Source: Alphaproteobacteria bacterium (GTDB taxonomy: Bacteria > Pseudomonadota > Alphaproteobacteria > Bin95). From it: a stretch of DNA of 64,000 nt. A program made the position numbers and the translations under genes. The stretch spans positions 96,001 through 160,000 of the forward strand of contig OZ219789.1 in NCBI GenBank assembly GCA_964291285.2, given 5' to 3'. A model generated the notes under the pieces. It was not told where the DNA came from and made no database searches. It saw only the letters and a program-made list of their open reading frames with translations. The first letter of the stretch is position 1, and each line of letters starts with the position of its first letter. Below, piece by piece: positions 20,922 to 29,705 of the stretch.

Positions 20922-21044
20922 CTAATTCCGCACAGCCGGACCGGCGGTGATCTCGGCGGTGGAGAAACCGGAATAGTCGAGCGCCAGGTCGGCGGCCACG
21001 GCGATGACGGCCATGGCCAGGAAGGCGATCAGCATGGCTCTCAT
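20922..21044 (-). CDS. 40-aa single-pass membrane protein at the end of the FDH operon
   Basis: MRAMLIAFLAMAVIAVAADLAL...; ATGA overlap with the cytochrome gene stop; AGGAGG upstream. Confidence 0.7.
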   Translation of the reverse strand: MRAMLIAFLAMAVIAVAADLALDYSGFSTAEITAGPAVRN

Positions 21045-22351
21045 CTCTGGCGTCCTCCTTCCTTCGTCGCGTGCTTCAGGAACGCGATCAGGTCGTCGCG
21101 GTCGGCGGGTTTGGCAATGCGCTGCATCGGCATCTTGGAGCCGGGCACGAACCGGGCCGGCCCCTCGTCGAACAGCGCATCGATGGTGTCCTCGTTCCAC
21201 ACGAACCCCGCCTCGCGCAACGTCCGCGAATACTTATAGCCCGAAATGCCGCCCGCCGGGCGCCCGAAAATGCCGAAAAGGGTCGGGCCCGCCCGCCGGA
21301 GCCCTTCGGGACCGAGCGTGTGGCAGATCGAGCATTTGCGCTGGAACTGGCGTTCGCCATTGCCCATGCTCGCCGGGTCGCGCAGGAAGCTGCGCTCCTT
21401 GCCGCCCATCAGCCCGCCCGAGCCCAGCGCCGCGACCGGCCAGCTGTAAAGCGCATCATCGATGCCGCCGGCGAGAATGTCCTGCCCGTCGGCCGAGAAC
21501 GCAAGCGCCCAGACCGGCCCCCTGAGCGCGGCGCGAAAATCCCTGAGCACCGTCCAGCCCCGGCTGTCGATGACCTTGATGAAGCCCTCGCCGTCGCCGA
21601 CCGCGAGCCTGTCGCTCTCCGCATCGAAGGCCATGGCCAGGATCGGCCGGCGCTGGAGGGTGAAGTCGGCGATCTCGCGGGCGCTCTCCAGGTCGAGAAC
21701 GCGGGTCGCGCCGTCCACTCCGCCATAAGCGAGCCAGCCGGCCTCCTCGTCCAGCGCCAGCGTGTTGATGCCGAAGCGCCCTTTCAGCATGTGCCGCGTC
21801 TGGATGCCGCGCGCCACGTCCCAGACGCGGACCGTTCCGTCGGTCGATCCCGAGTAGAGCCGCGCGCCGTCGGCGGAGAACACGACATCGTTGACGCCGG
21901 CGCTATGGCCTTTCAGGAACCGGGCCTGGCCGCCCGATACGGGCCAGAGGCCGATGCGCCCGTCCCAGCTTGCGGAGGCCACGAGACTCCGGTCCGGCGA
22001 GAGCGCGAGCGACACCACCTTCGCCTTGTGGCTGCCGAGGCGCTCGGAGACGCCGCGCTCGAGGTCCCAGAGCCGGACATGGTTGTCGTCGCCGGCCGAC
22101 ACCGCTTTCGAGGCGTTGATGAAGCGCACGGCGTTCACCGCCGCATCGTGCGCCTCCAGCCAGACCGGCGCGCCCGCCTGCCAGAGACCCACGGAATAGT
22201 CGAAGCTCGCGGTGAGCAGGCGGCTTCCGTCCGGCGAGACGTCGATGCCCCGCACCGGGCCGCCATGGCCGGTCAGCTTGAAGAAATCCCCGGCCGGGGC
22301 GCCGGCCGAGGGCAGCAGCAGCAGGACCGTCAGAAAGGCCCGGAGACGCAT
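21041..22351 (-). CDS. WD40 beta-propeller / class I cytochrome c fusion
   Basis: Signal peptide; GH...WD repeats; CSICH heme motif, GPTL, distal KMPM. Confidence 0.9.
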   Translation of the reverse strand: MRLRAFLTVLLLLPSAGAPAGDFFKLTGHGGPVRGIDVSPDGSRLLTASFDYSVGLWQAGAPVWLEAHDAAVNAVRFINASKAVSAGDDNHVRLWDLERGVSERLGSHKAKVVSLALSPDRSLVASASWDGRIGLWPVSGGQARFLKGHSAGVNDVVFSADGARLYSGSTDGTVRVWDVARGIQTRHMLKGRFGINTLALDEEAGWLAYGGVDGATRVLDLESAREIADFTLQRRPILAMAFDAESDRLAVGDGEGFIKVIDSRGWTVLRDFRAALRGPVWALAFSADGQDILAGGIDDALYSWPVAALGSGGLMGGKERSFLRDPASMGNGERQFQRKCSICHTLGPEGLRRAGPTLFGIFGRPAGGISGYKYSRTLREAGFVWNEDTIDALFDEGPARFVPGSKMPMQRIAKPADRDDLIAFLKHATKEGGRQR

Positions 22352-22366
22352 GTCAGGCGCCCGGCG

Positions 22367-23593
22367 TCATTCCGCCGCCGGCGGCGCCTCATGGGCGGGA
22401 TGGGCCGGCTCGCCCGTCTCCTCCTCGAACCAGAGCGAATGGTGTTCCTTCGCCCATTGCCGGTCCACCTCGCCCGACTCCATGGCGTCGAACGCGCCCT
22501 CCATCCCGATCGAGCCGAGATAGATATGCGCGATGATGATCGCGATGAAGGCGAAGGCGACGATGGAGTGCCAGAGCTGCGCGTATTGCATCTCCTCATG
22601 CGGGGAGAGCTGCACCGGCAGTTCGCCGAAGCCCAGCGCCTGCGAAATGCCGAGCGCATTCAGGATGTCGAAGGTCTTGGCGAACATCGGCAGCTCGAAC
22701 GGGAACAGCAGCGACAGGCCGGACGCCGAGATCGAGAGGCCGAGGATGACGACGACCCAGAAGATGATCTTCTGGCCGGCGTTGAATTTCCGCGCCGGCG
22801 GGTGGCTGCCGCGCACGAACAGCCCGCCGCCCTTCGCCATCCAGACGAGGTCGGCGCGGTTCGGGATGTTGTGGACGATCCAGAACACGAACACCCAGAC
22901 CAGCGCCAGCATGAAGGCCCAGGCGACATTGTTGTGGACCCATTTGGACGCGAGCGCGATGGGCGCGAAGGCGTCCTTGCCGAGCAGCGGGATCAGCAGC
23001 GGGCGCCCGAACAGCGTGATGAGCCCGCTGATCGCCAGCAGGATGAAGGAGCCCGCGAGCAGCCAGTGCCCGAACCGCTCGAGCGCGTTGAAGCGAAGAA
23101 TGGTCTCGCCCGTCCGGCCGCCGTCTATGCGGATCGGCCCGCGGAGCAGCAGGAACAGCGCCAGCAGCCCGACCATGCCGGCGAGCAGCCAGCCGCCCCA
23201 CTCGCGCAGCGGCCCCTTCCGCCATTCGAGCCAGCGCATGCCGCCGTCCTGGATGATGATCTCGGAAGCGTGTCCCTTCGCCGAGACCGTCACATCGGCC
23301 CCGCCATAGCGGAGCGCGCGGAAGACCTCCGCATCGGAGGCGCCGCCAAGCGTGCCGAGCTGCATGCGGATGCCCGCGGCGCGCGCCGGGTCGCCGACCG
23401 CTTCGCGCCGGAAGCGGTCGTCAACGCGCTCGCCCCGCTGGCGCGCCAGGATGTCCTCCAGCGTCTGCGCGCCGCCGGTTGCGGCCCTCGGACTGTCCGG
23501 CTCGTTGCCGGCGCCCTGCTGCGCCGCAGCGGGCGCCGCCAGGAACAGCAGGGCGGCAAGGATGGTAAGCATCGGCAGGCGCAGCTTCGTCAT
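22367..23593 (-). CDS. Formate dehydrogenase gamma subunit (cytochrome b)
   Basis: RFNALERFGHW, KWVHN, KFNAGQK, HIYLG, WAKEHH; N-terminal periplasmic extension. Confidence 0.93.
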   Translation of the reverse strand: MTKLRLPMLTILAALLFLAAPAAAQQGAGNEPDSPRAATGGAQTLEDILARQRGERVDDRFRREAVGDPARAAGIRMQLGTLGGASDAEVFRALRYGGADVTVSAKGHASEIIIQDGGMRWLEWRKGPLREWGGWLLAGMVGLLALFLLLRGPIRIDGGRTGETILRFNALERFGHWLLAGSFILLAISGLITLFGRPLLIPLLGKDAFAPIALASKWVHNNVAWAFMLALVWVFVFWIVHNIPNRADLVWMAKGGGLFVRGSHPPARKFNAGQKIIFWVVVILGLSISASGLSLLFPFELPMFAKTFDILNALGISQALGFGELPVQLSPHEEMQYAQLWHSIVAFAFIAIIIAHIYLGSIGMEGAFDAMESGEVDRQWAKEHHSLWFEEETGEPAHPAHEAPPAAE

Positions 23594-23716
23594 CTTCCAG
23601 GACTCCCGATGAAACCGGCCGGAACAGGGCGCGGCGAAGGGCCGGAGCCCTTCCCGCGTGAAAAGGGAAAGGCGGGCCGGTCCCGCAATTGGCAGGACCG
23701 GCCGCGCTTCAGGGCG

Positions 23717-24310
23717 TCAGGAGCCCTTCTGGCCGTAGGCGGTGCCCCAGCCCCAGGCGCCGGACCCGAAGCCCCGGGCCACCACGCGCTCGCGGTAGAT
23801 GCCCGACAGGACATCGCCGTCGCCCGCCAGCAGCGCCTTGGTCGAGCACATCTCGGCGCAGAGCGGCAGCTTGCCTTCCGCGATCCGGTTGCGCCCGTAT
23901 TTGGCGAACTCGGCGGTCGAGTGGGTCTCTTCCGGCCCGCCGGCGCAGAAGGTGCACTTGTCCATCTTGCCCCGGGACCCGAAATTGCCCGCCTGCGGGA
24001 ACTGCGGCGCGCCGAACGGGCACGCGTAGAAGCAGTAGCCGCAGCCGATGCAGAGGTCCTTGGAGTGAAGGACCACCCCTTCCTCGTTCTGGTAGAAGCA
24101 GTCCACCGGGCACACGGCCATGCAGGGCGCATCCGAACAGTGCATGCATGCAACTGAGATCGACCGCTCGCCCGGCTTGCCATCGTTGATGGTCACCACC
24201 CGGCGCCGGTTGATCCCCCACGGCACCTCGTGCTCGTTCTTGCACGCGGTGACGCAGGCGTTGCATTCGATGCAACGTTCGGCGTCGCAGAGAAATTTAG
24301 CTCTTGCCAT
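23717..24310 (-). CDS. fdh3B: Formate dehydrogenase FDH3-type beta subunit (4Fe-4S)
   Basis: CIECNACVTAC, CMHCSDAPCMAVCP, CIGCGYCFYACP, KCTFC. Confidence 0.93.
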   Translation of the reverse strand: MARAKFLCDAERCIECNACVTACKNEHEVPWGINRRRVVTINDGKPGERSISVACMHCSDAPCMAVCPVDCFYQNEEGVVLHSKDLCIGCGYCFYACPFGAPQFPQAGNFGSRGKMDKCTFCAGGPEETHSTAEFAKYGRNRIAEGKLPLCAEMCSTKALLAGDGDVLSGIYRERVVARGFGSGAWGWGTAYGQKGS

Positions 24311-24324
24311 CTCCTTCTCCTCCC

Positions 24325-27219
24325 TCAGGCCGCGTAGATCTTGCAGAGAGTGGTCTTGGTCTCCTGCATCTGCGTGACCGAGTCATAGCCGTAGGTCTGC
24401 GCCGTGTTGGAGCTCTCGCCCAGCACGAAGGGGTCGGCGCCTTCGGGATATTTGTGCCTCAGGTCCGCGCCTTCGAAATGCCCGCCGAAGTGGAAGGGCA
24501 TGAAGGCGACCCCGATTCCGACACGCTCGGTGACCATCGCCATGACCTTGACCTTGGCGCCCTCGGCGCCCTCGACCCAGACCTGCGCGCCGTTGCGCAC
24601 GCCGAGATCGTTGGCGTCCTTCGGATGGATCTCCACGAACATGTCCTGCTGGAGTTCGGCGAGCCACTTGTTCGACCGCGATTCCTCGCCGCCGCCCTCA
24701 TATTCCACGAGGCGGCCCGAAGTCAGGATCATCGGGTAGTCCTTCGAGAAATCCTGCTTCTGGATCGAGGCATACATGGTCGGCAGGCGGTAGAACTTCC
24801 GGTCCTCATAGGTCGGATAGTCCGCCACCAGGTCCCGACGCGGGGTGTAGAGCGGCTCGCGGTGCAGCGGGATCGGGTCCGGGAAGTTCCACACCACGGT
24901 CCGCGCCTTGGCGTTGCCGAACGGCGCGCAGCCATGCTTGATCGCGACCCGCTGGATGCCGCCCGAAAGGTCGGTCTTCCAGTTGGTCTTCGGCCCGGCC
25001 ACGGCGTCGATGGCCGCCCTTTCGGCGTCCGTCAGATCCCCGTCCCATCCCAGGTCCATCAGCATCTGCATGGTGAACTCGGGATAGCCGTCCTGGATCT
25101 CCGAACCGACCGAATAGACGCCCTCGGCCAGCAGGTTCTCGCCGTTGCGCTCTACGCCGAACCGGGCGCGGAAGGTCAGGCCGCCCTCTGCCACCGGCTT
25201 CGACATGTCGTAGAGGTTGGGCGTGCCGGGGTGGCCCATTTCCGGCGGGCCCCAGGAAGGCCAGGGCATGCCGTAATAGTCACCGTCCGCAGGACCGCCG
25301 ATCGCCTGCAGCGTCGTGCGGTCGAAGGTGTGCTGGTTGGCCATGTGCAGCTTGATCCGCTCCGGCGACTGGCCGGTGTAGCCGATCGTCCACATGCCGC
25401 GGTTGATCTCGCCCGTGATGTCCTCGACGAGCGGCGCATCGCCTTCCTCAACCTTGATGTTGCGGAAGAAGCGGTCCGCCCAGCCGAACTTCTTGGCGAA
25501 CTTCGCCATGATGACCTGGTCCGGCAGGCTCTCGAACACGGGATCCACCACCTGCTCGCGCCACTGGATCGAGCGGTTCGACGCGGTGACGGAGCCGTAG
25601 GTCTCGAACTGCGTCGAGGCCGGCAGCAGATAGACGCCGTCGGTGCGGTCGTGAAGCACGGCGGAGACGGTGGGATACGGGTCGATCACGACCAGCATGT
25701 CCAGCTTCTCCATCGCGGTCTTCATTTCCTTGCCGCGCGTCTGCGAGTTCGGCGCGTGGCCCCAAAGCACCATGGCCCGGACATTGTCCGGCTGGTCCAT
25801 GTTCGCCTTGTCCTCGAGCACGCCGTCGATCCAGCGGGACACCGGGATGCCCTTGAGGTTCATCAGCGGCTTCGACTTGCCGTCCGCGCCCTCGAGCATC
25901 GCGAACTGGCCCTTCAGCCAGTCGAGATCCTCTTCCCAGACACGCGCCCAGTGGGCCCAGGCGCCGCCCGAGAGGCCGTAATAGCCGGGCAGCGTATGCG
26001 ACAGGATGCCGAGGTCGGTGGCGCCCTGCACATTGTCATGGCCGCGGAAGATGTTCGTGCCGCCGCCGCTGGTGCCCATGTTGCCGAGCGCAAGCTGCAA
26101 CACGCAGTAGGCGCGCGTGTTGTTGTTGCCCTGGGTGTGCTGGGTGCCGCCCATGCACCAGATCACGGTGCCGGGACGGTTGTTCGCCATCGTGCGGGCG
26201 ACGCGGCGAAGCTGCGAGCCGGGCGTGCCGGTCACGCGCTCCACTTCCTCGGGCGTCCACTTCGCGACCTCTTCGCGAATCTGGTCCATGCCCCAGACGC
26301 GGGTGCGGATGAACTCCTTGTCTTCCCACCCGTTCTCGAAGATGTGCCAGAGGATGCCCCAGATGAGCGCCACGTCGGTGCCGGGCCGGAAGCGGACATA
26401 CTCGTCGGCGTGGGCGGCGGTGCGCGTGAAGCGCGGGTCGCACACGATCAACGGCGCGTTGTTCTGCTCCTTGGCCTTCAGCACATGCAGCAGCGATACC
26501 GGATGCGCTTCCGCCGGGTTGCCGCCGATGAGGAAGATCGCGCGGCTCTTGTGGATGTCGTTGTAGGAGTTGGTCATGGCGCCGTAGCCCCATGTGTTCG
26601 CAACGCCTGCAACCGTGGTCGAGTGGCAGATGCGGGCCTGGTGGTCCACATTGTTCGTGCCCCAGTAGGCCGCGAACTTGCGGAACAGGTAGGCCTGCTC
26701 ATTGCTGAACTTCGCCGATCCCAGCCAGTAAACGCTGTCCGGGCCGCTCTGCTCGCGAATGGACATCATGCCGTCGCCGATCTCGTTGATCGCCTGGTCC
26801 CAACTGATGCGCTTCCACTCGCCGCCCTCTTTCTTCATGGGGTATTTGAGGCGGCGTTCGCCATTCGCGTGCTCGCGCACGGCCGCGCCCTTGGCGCAGT
26901 GCGCGCCGAGGTTGAACGGGCTGTCCCAGCCGGGCTCCTGTCCGACCCACACGCCGTTATCGACTTCGGCGATCACGGTGCAACCGACCGAGCAGTGCGT
27001 GCAGACCGACTTGGCGGTCGCAATCGCGCCCTGCGCGGCCTGTTGGGCTTCGGCCTTCGTCACCATGCCGCCGGCGGCGCCGATAGCGGCCAGGCCTCCG
27101 ATCGCGAGGCCCGAGCCCCGCAGGAAGGTCCGCCGGTCGACCGATGCCTCCGAAATGTTGGGCAGGATCGAAGTCCGCTGGGGGCGTCTCGCAACCCCGT
27201 TGGTCTTTTTCCTGAGCAT
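24325..27219 (-). CDS. Formate dehydrogenase alpha subunit (Mo/W-bisPGD, Tat-exported, Cys-type)
   Basis: Tat DRRTFL; CTHCSVGC...CAKG; HQARICH active site; RGHDNVQG. Confidence 0.95.
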   Translation of the reverse strand: MLRKKTNGVARRPQRTSILPNISEASVDRRTFLRGSGLAIGGLAAIGAAGGMVTKAEAQQAAQGAIATAKSVCTHCSVGCTVIAEVDNGVWVGQEPGWDSPFNLGAHCAKGAAVREHANGERRLKYPMKKEGGEWKRISWDQAINEIGDGMMSIREQSGPDSVYWLGSAKFSNEQAYLFRKFAAYWGTNNVDHQARICHSTTVAGVANTWGYGAMTNSYNDIHKSRAIFLIGGNPAEAHPVSLLHVLKAKEQNNAPLIVCDPRFTRTAAHADEYVRFRPGTDVALIWGILWHIFENGWEDKEFIRTRVWGMDQIREEVAKWTPEEVERVTGTPGSQLRRVARTMANNRPGTVIWCMGGTQHTQGNNNTRAYCVLQLALGNMGTSGGGTNIFRGHDNVQGATDLGILSHTLPGYYGLSGGAWAHWARVWEEDLDWLKGQFAMLEGADGKSKPLMNLKGIPVSRWIDGVLEDKANMDQPDNVRAMVLWGHAPNSQTRGKEMKTAMEKLDMLVVIDPYPTVSAVLHDRTDGVYLLPASTQFETYGSVTASNRSIQWREQVVDPVFESLPDQVIMAKFAKKFGWADRFFRNIKVEEGDAPLVEDITGEINRGMWTIGYTGQSPERIKLHMANQHTFDRTTLQAIGGPADGDYYGMPWPSWGPPEMGHPGTPNLYDMSKPVAEGGLTFRARFGVERNGENLLAEGVYSVGSEIQDGYPEFTMQMLMDLGWDGDLTDAERAAIDAVAGPKTNWKTDLSGGIQRVAIKHGCAPFGNAKARTVVWNFPDPIPLHREPLYTPRRDLVADYPTYEDRKFYRLPTMYASIQKQDFSKDYPMILTSGRLVEYEGGGEESRSNKWLAELQQDMFVEIHPKDANDLGVRNGAQVWVEGAEGAKVKVMAMVTERVGIGVAFMPFHFGGHFEGADLRHKYPEGADPFVLGESSNTAQTYGYDSVTQMQETKTTLCKIYAA

Positions 27220-27329
27220 CTTGTTCCTCCGTCAGGCGCCCCGGCCGCGGGCCGGTTCGCCGGGTTCGTCATGCCGGTGGCCGCCGGGCGTCTCGCAACC
27301 GTTGGCCATGCATCGGCGGGAGGCGTCCG

Positions 27330-27527
27330 TCAGAAACGGGCGCTTTCGTAATAGGCGCGCGTATGCGGGGTGTCCTGCATCCGCTCCCCATTGCCGTCCG
27401 GGACCGCTGCCTCGGCCGCCTTGCCCGCCACTGCCGCGACAGCGGCTGCGGGTACGGAAACCGATGCGAGCTTCAGAAAGTCCCGGCGATTGGTCTTCTC
27501 GCCGTCCGTCCTGCTGCTCATGCGCAT
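27330..27527 (-). CDS. Small Tat-signal FDH accessory protein
   Basis: NRRDFLK...DTPHTRAYYESARF. Confidence 0.85.
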   Translation of the reverse strand: MRMSSRTDGEKTNRRDFLKLASVSVPAAAVAAVAGKAAEAAVPDGNGERMQDTPHTRAYYESARF

Positions 27528-27575
27528 GCTCCTCCTCTGCGTCTGGCCCGCCGGGGCGGACCGGTTCGATGCGGG

Positions 27576-28199
27576 CTAGCCCGCCGTCATTCGGAAAGCC
27601 TCTTTCTCGATCTCCATGAACGCCCGTCCCGCAGAACCGACAGGCGCGTAGAAGACCGAATTCCGCGCGCTTTCCAAATCCGTGAAGAAATGCCCCGCCC
27701 AGGGGGCGATGTGCCTGTTGAAGAACCGCCTGGTCTCCTCCAGCGAGGCCGGCTCCCCGAAGCGCCCCAGGATCATACCCGCCATCATTTCCATCAGGCT
27801 GGCGATATGGTCCTCGGGCTCGTAAACGGCGAACGCGCGCTGCATGCCGAGTCCGGCCATGTCGTTGCGCAGCGCCGCCAGCGGCTTCTCGTTGAGGAAA
27901 CCCGTGAGGTAGTAGCTGGCATAGGGCAGCAGTTCGCCCCGCCCCACGCCGATGAACAGGGTGGTGTATTCGCTTTCCGCCGCTTTTTCGGTCGTCGCGC
28001 CCGCGACCCGCGAGAGCGCGTGGATGGCGCGGCCGAGCTCGCTGTCGCCGCCGGTGAGCGCCGCCGACCTGTCCAGCAGCGCGCGGTCCGGCGGCCGGGC
28101 CAGCAGCGCGGCCAGAAAATCGTAGAGGTCGGCCCGGAGCCGCTCCTCTTCGGCGATTTCCGCGCCCTGCACCGCTTCCGCCGTCATCGCCTCTCCCAT
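27576..28199 (-). CDS. TorD/DmsD family molybdoenzyme chaperone
   Basis: EYTTLFIG, PYASYY, EPEDHIA, HIAPWA. Confidence 0.92.
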   Translation of the reverse strand: MGEAMTAEAVQGAEIAEEERLRADLYDFLAALLARPPDRALLDRSAALTGGDSELGRAIHALSRVAGATTEKAAESEYTTLFIGVGRGELLPYASYYLTGFLNEKPLAALRNDMAGLGMQRAFAVYEPEDHIASLMEMMAGMILGRFGEPASLEETRRFFNRHIAPWAGHFFTDLESARNSVFYAPVGSAGRAFMEIEKEAFRMTAG

Positions 28200-28203
28200 C
28201 GCT

Positions 28204-28836
28204 TCAGGCCGCCTGCCCCGGTTCGGCGTCGGCGAAGGCGAAGCGCATCCGCGGCTTCGCCCGCGCAACCGGCATCTCTTCCGTCGCCGGTGTTTCGGGC
28301 AGCGCAGAAGGCGCCCCGGCTCCGGCTTCGACCGCCGGCTCTCCGGTTTCCCCGGCTTGCGCTTCCACTTCTGCTCCGGCGGCGGCGTCCTCGTCTTCTG
28401 CCGTCTCCCCGACGGCCTTTTCCGCCTTTTCCGCCGCCTCGGCCATCGCCTCCAGATGCTTCAGCATCCCCTTGCCGACCTGGTAGGCGCTCTGGAGGTT
28501 CTCGATGACCAGCGCGGCGTCGGTGTAGTCCTCGCCGTAGTCCACGAGGTTGTCGAGATTGGCGAGCACCGGGTTGGACCGCCAGAGCTGGCGCAGCGCC
28601 CGCTTCCGCAGCCTTTGCGGCACCGCATCCGACATGAAGGCGGAGAAGTCGTCGCCCTGCTTCATGCTGTCGGGGTCCGGCAGATCCAGCTCGGCCAGCA
28701 CTTCCTCGTCCGGCCGCTCTTCCAGCGCCTTGCGTTCCTCGGCGGCCGCGGCCTCGCGCTCGGCCTCTTCCACGGCGCGCTCCTCCGCCGCGACGGCCGC
28801 CTTGCGGCGGGCCCAGAAATCCGCCTGCGCGCTCAA
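28204..28836 (-). CDS. DUF3306 protein
   Basis: FWARRK, LPDPD, ALRQLW.SNP..ANLD.L.DY.EDY; TTG start overlapping the DUF3305 stop. Confidence 0.85.
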   Translation of the reverse strand: MSAQADFWARRKAAVAAEERAVEEAEREAAAAEERKALEERPDEEVLAELDLPDPDSMKQGDDFSAFMSDAVPQRLRKRALRQLWRSNPVLANLDNLVDYGEDYTDAALVIENLQSAYQVGKGMLKHLEAMAEAAEKAEKAVGETAEDEDAAAGAEVEAQAGETGEPAVEAGAGAPSALPETPATEEMPVARAKPRMRFAFADAEPGQAA

Positions 28837-29393
28837 TGGACCGCCTCCGTGCGCCTCGGCGCGCGATAGACATCCGACATCTGGCGAATGCGCGGATCGC
28901 CCTTGCCGTCCTCGGCGAGATCGACCCGCCGCCTGTCGCGCTGGCGCTTGACGAAGGGCTCCTCCTCGTGATGGCGCTCGATGAAGTCGCGCACCACGGC
29001 GACCAGGCCTTCCGGCATCGGCGCCTGATCGACGATCTCCTCGCCGCTGTCCATATAGTCCTGAGCCTCGTAGGGAGACGCCGTGGCCAGCACGACTTCG
29101 AGCTCGTGCGGCGCATCCGCTTCGGTCGTCCGGCGCATGACCACATAGACCGCCGGCACGCGCGCCGCGAGGCCGGTCATATAGGCCTCGACATCGGCGG
29201 CCCAGAACTCCAGCGGCACCGTGGCGGCGTGGTATTCGACGGTGTCGTCCTCGCGCCTGAGCTCGCGCCAGTCCGCCGGCGCGGCGCCGGGCACAACATC
29301 CGCAACTGTCCAGGACCACCGCGCCCAACGGCTCGCCGCCGGGCTGCGGCGGAGAATGATTCCGAGCGGCAATGACAACGCGCTCGCCGGCAT
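28833..29393 (-). CDS. DUF3305 protein
   Basis: SRWARWSW, ATASPYEAQDY, FVKRQRDR. Confidence 0.85.
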   Translation of the reverse strand: MPASALSLPLGIILRRSPAASRWARWSWTVADVVPGAAPADWRELRREDDTVEYHAATVPLEFWAADVEAYMTGLAARVPAVYVVMRRTTEADAPHELEVVLATASPYEAQDYMDSGEEIVDQAPMPEGLVAVVRDFIERHHEEEPFVKRQRDRRRVDLAEDGKGDPRIRQMSDVYRAPRRTEAVH

Positions 29394-29705
29394 AATGCCG
29401 ATCTCCTCCGGGCAGACACCCCGCCATTTCCGCGCAAGACGGTACGCTGCCCTGCGACAATAATGCACCCCTTTACACCCGCTGCCAACAGAAAAAACCG
29501 CTTTTTCCGGCGCCGCTGCCGCCCGTGTTTCCGGCGGTCTGGACAGGCGGTCGGAAGGGACCATACTTACCCGGTGCGCGGCGGGGGCGACGCCCCCGGA
29601 AACCGCCGCCCGGCCCTGGAGAAAATTCGCTCTTCCCGGCCCGGCGCGGCGGCAAGACGACAAGCCTGCAAGCGGCCCGCAGCGGCTTGTCCGGAGGACA
29701 GGGAC

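Noticed and set aside
23610-23710. ncRNA between FDH beta and gamma
   Set aside because: Only short GC hairpins are present, consistent with mRNA stability elements, and no family is recognisable.
26600-26660. Selenocysteine in FDH alpha
   Set aside because: The active site reads ARICH with a Cys codon, and there is no in-frame TGA.
21071-27351. Two >1000-aa plus-strand ORFs, and similar long shadows such as 41781-44693 and 56981-60250
   Set aside because: These are stop-poor antisense frames of well-supported genes, as expected at this GC content.
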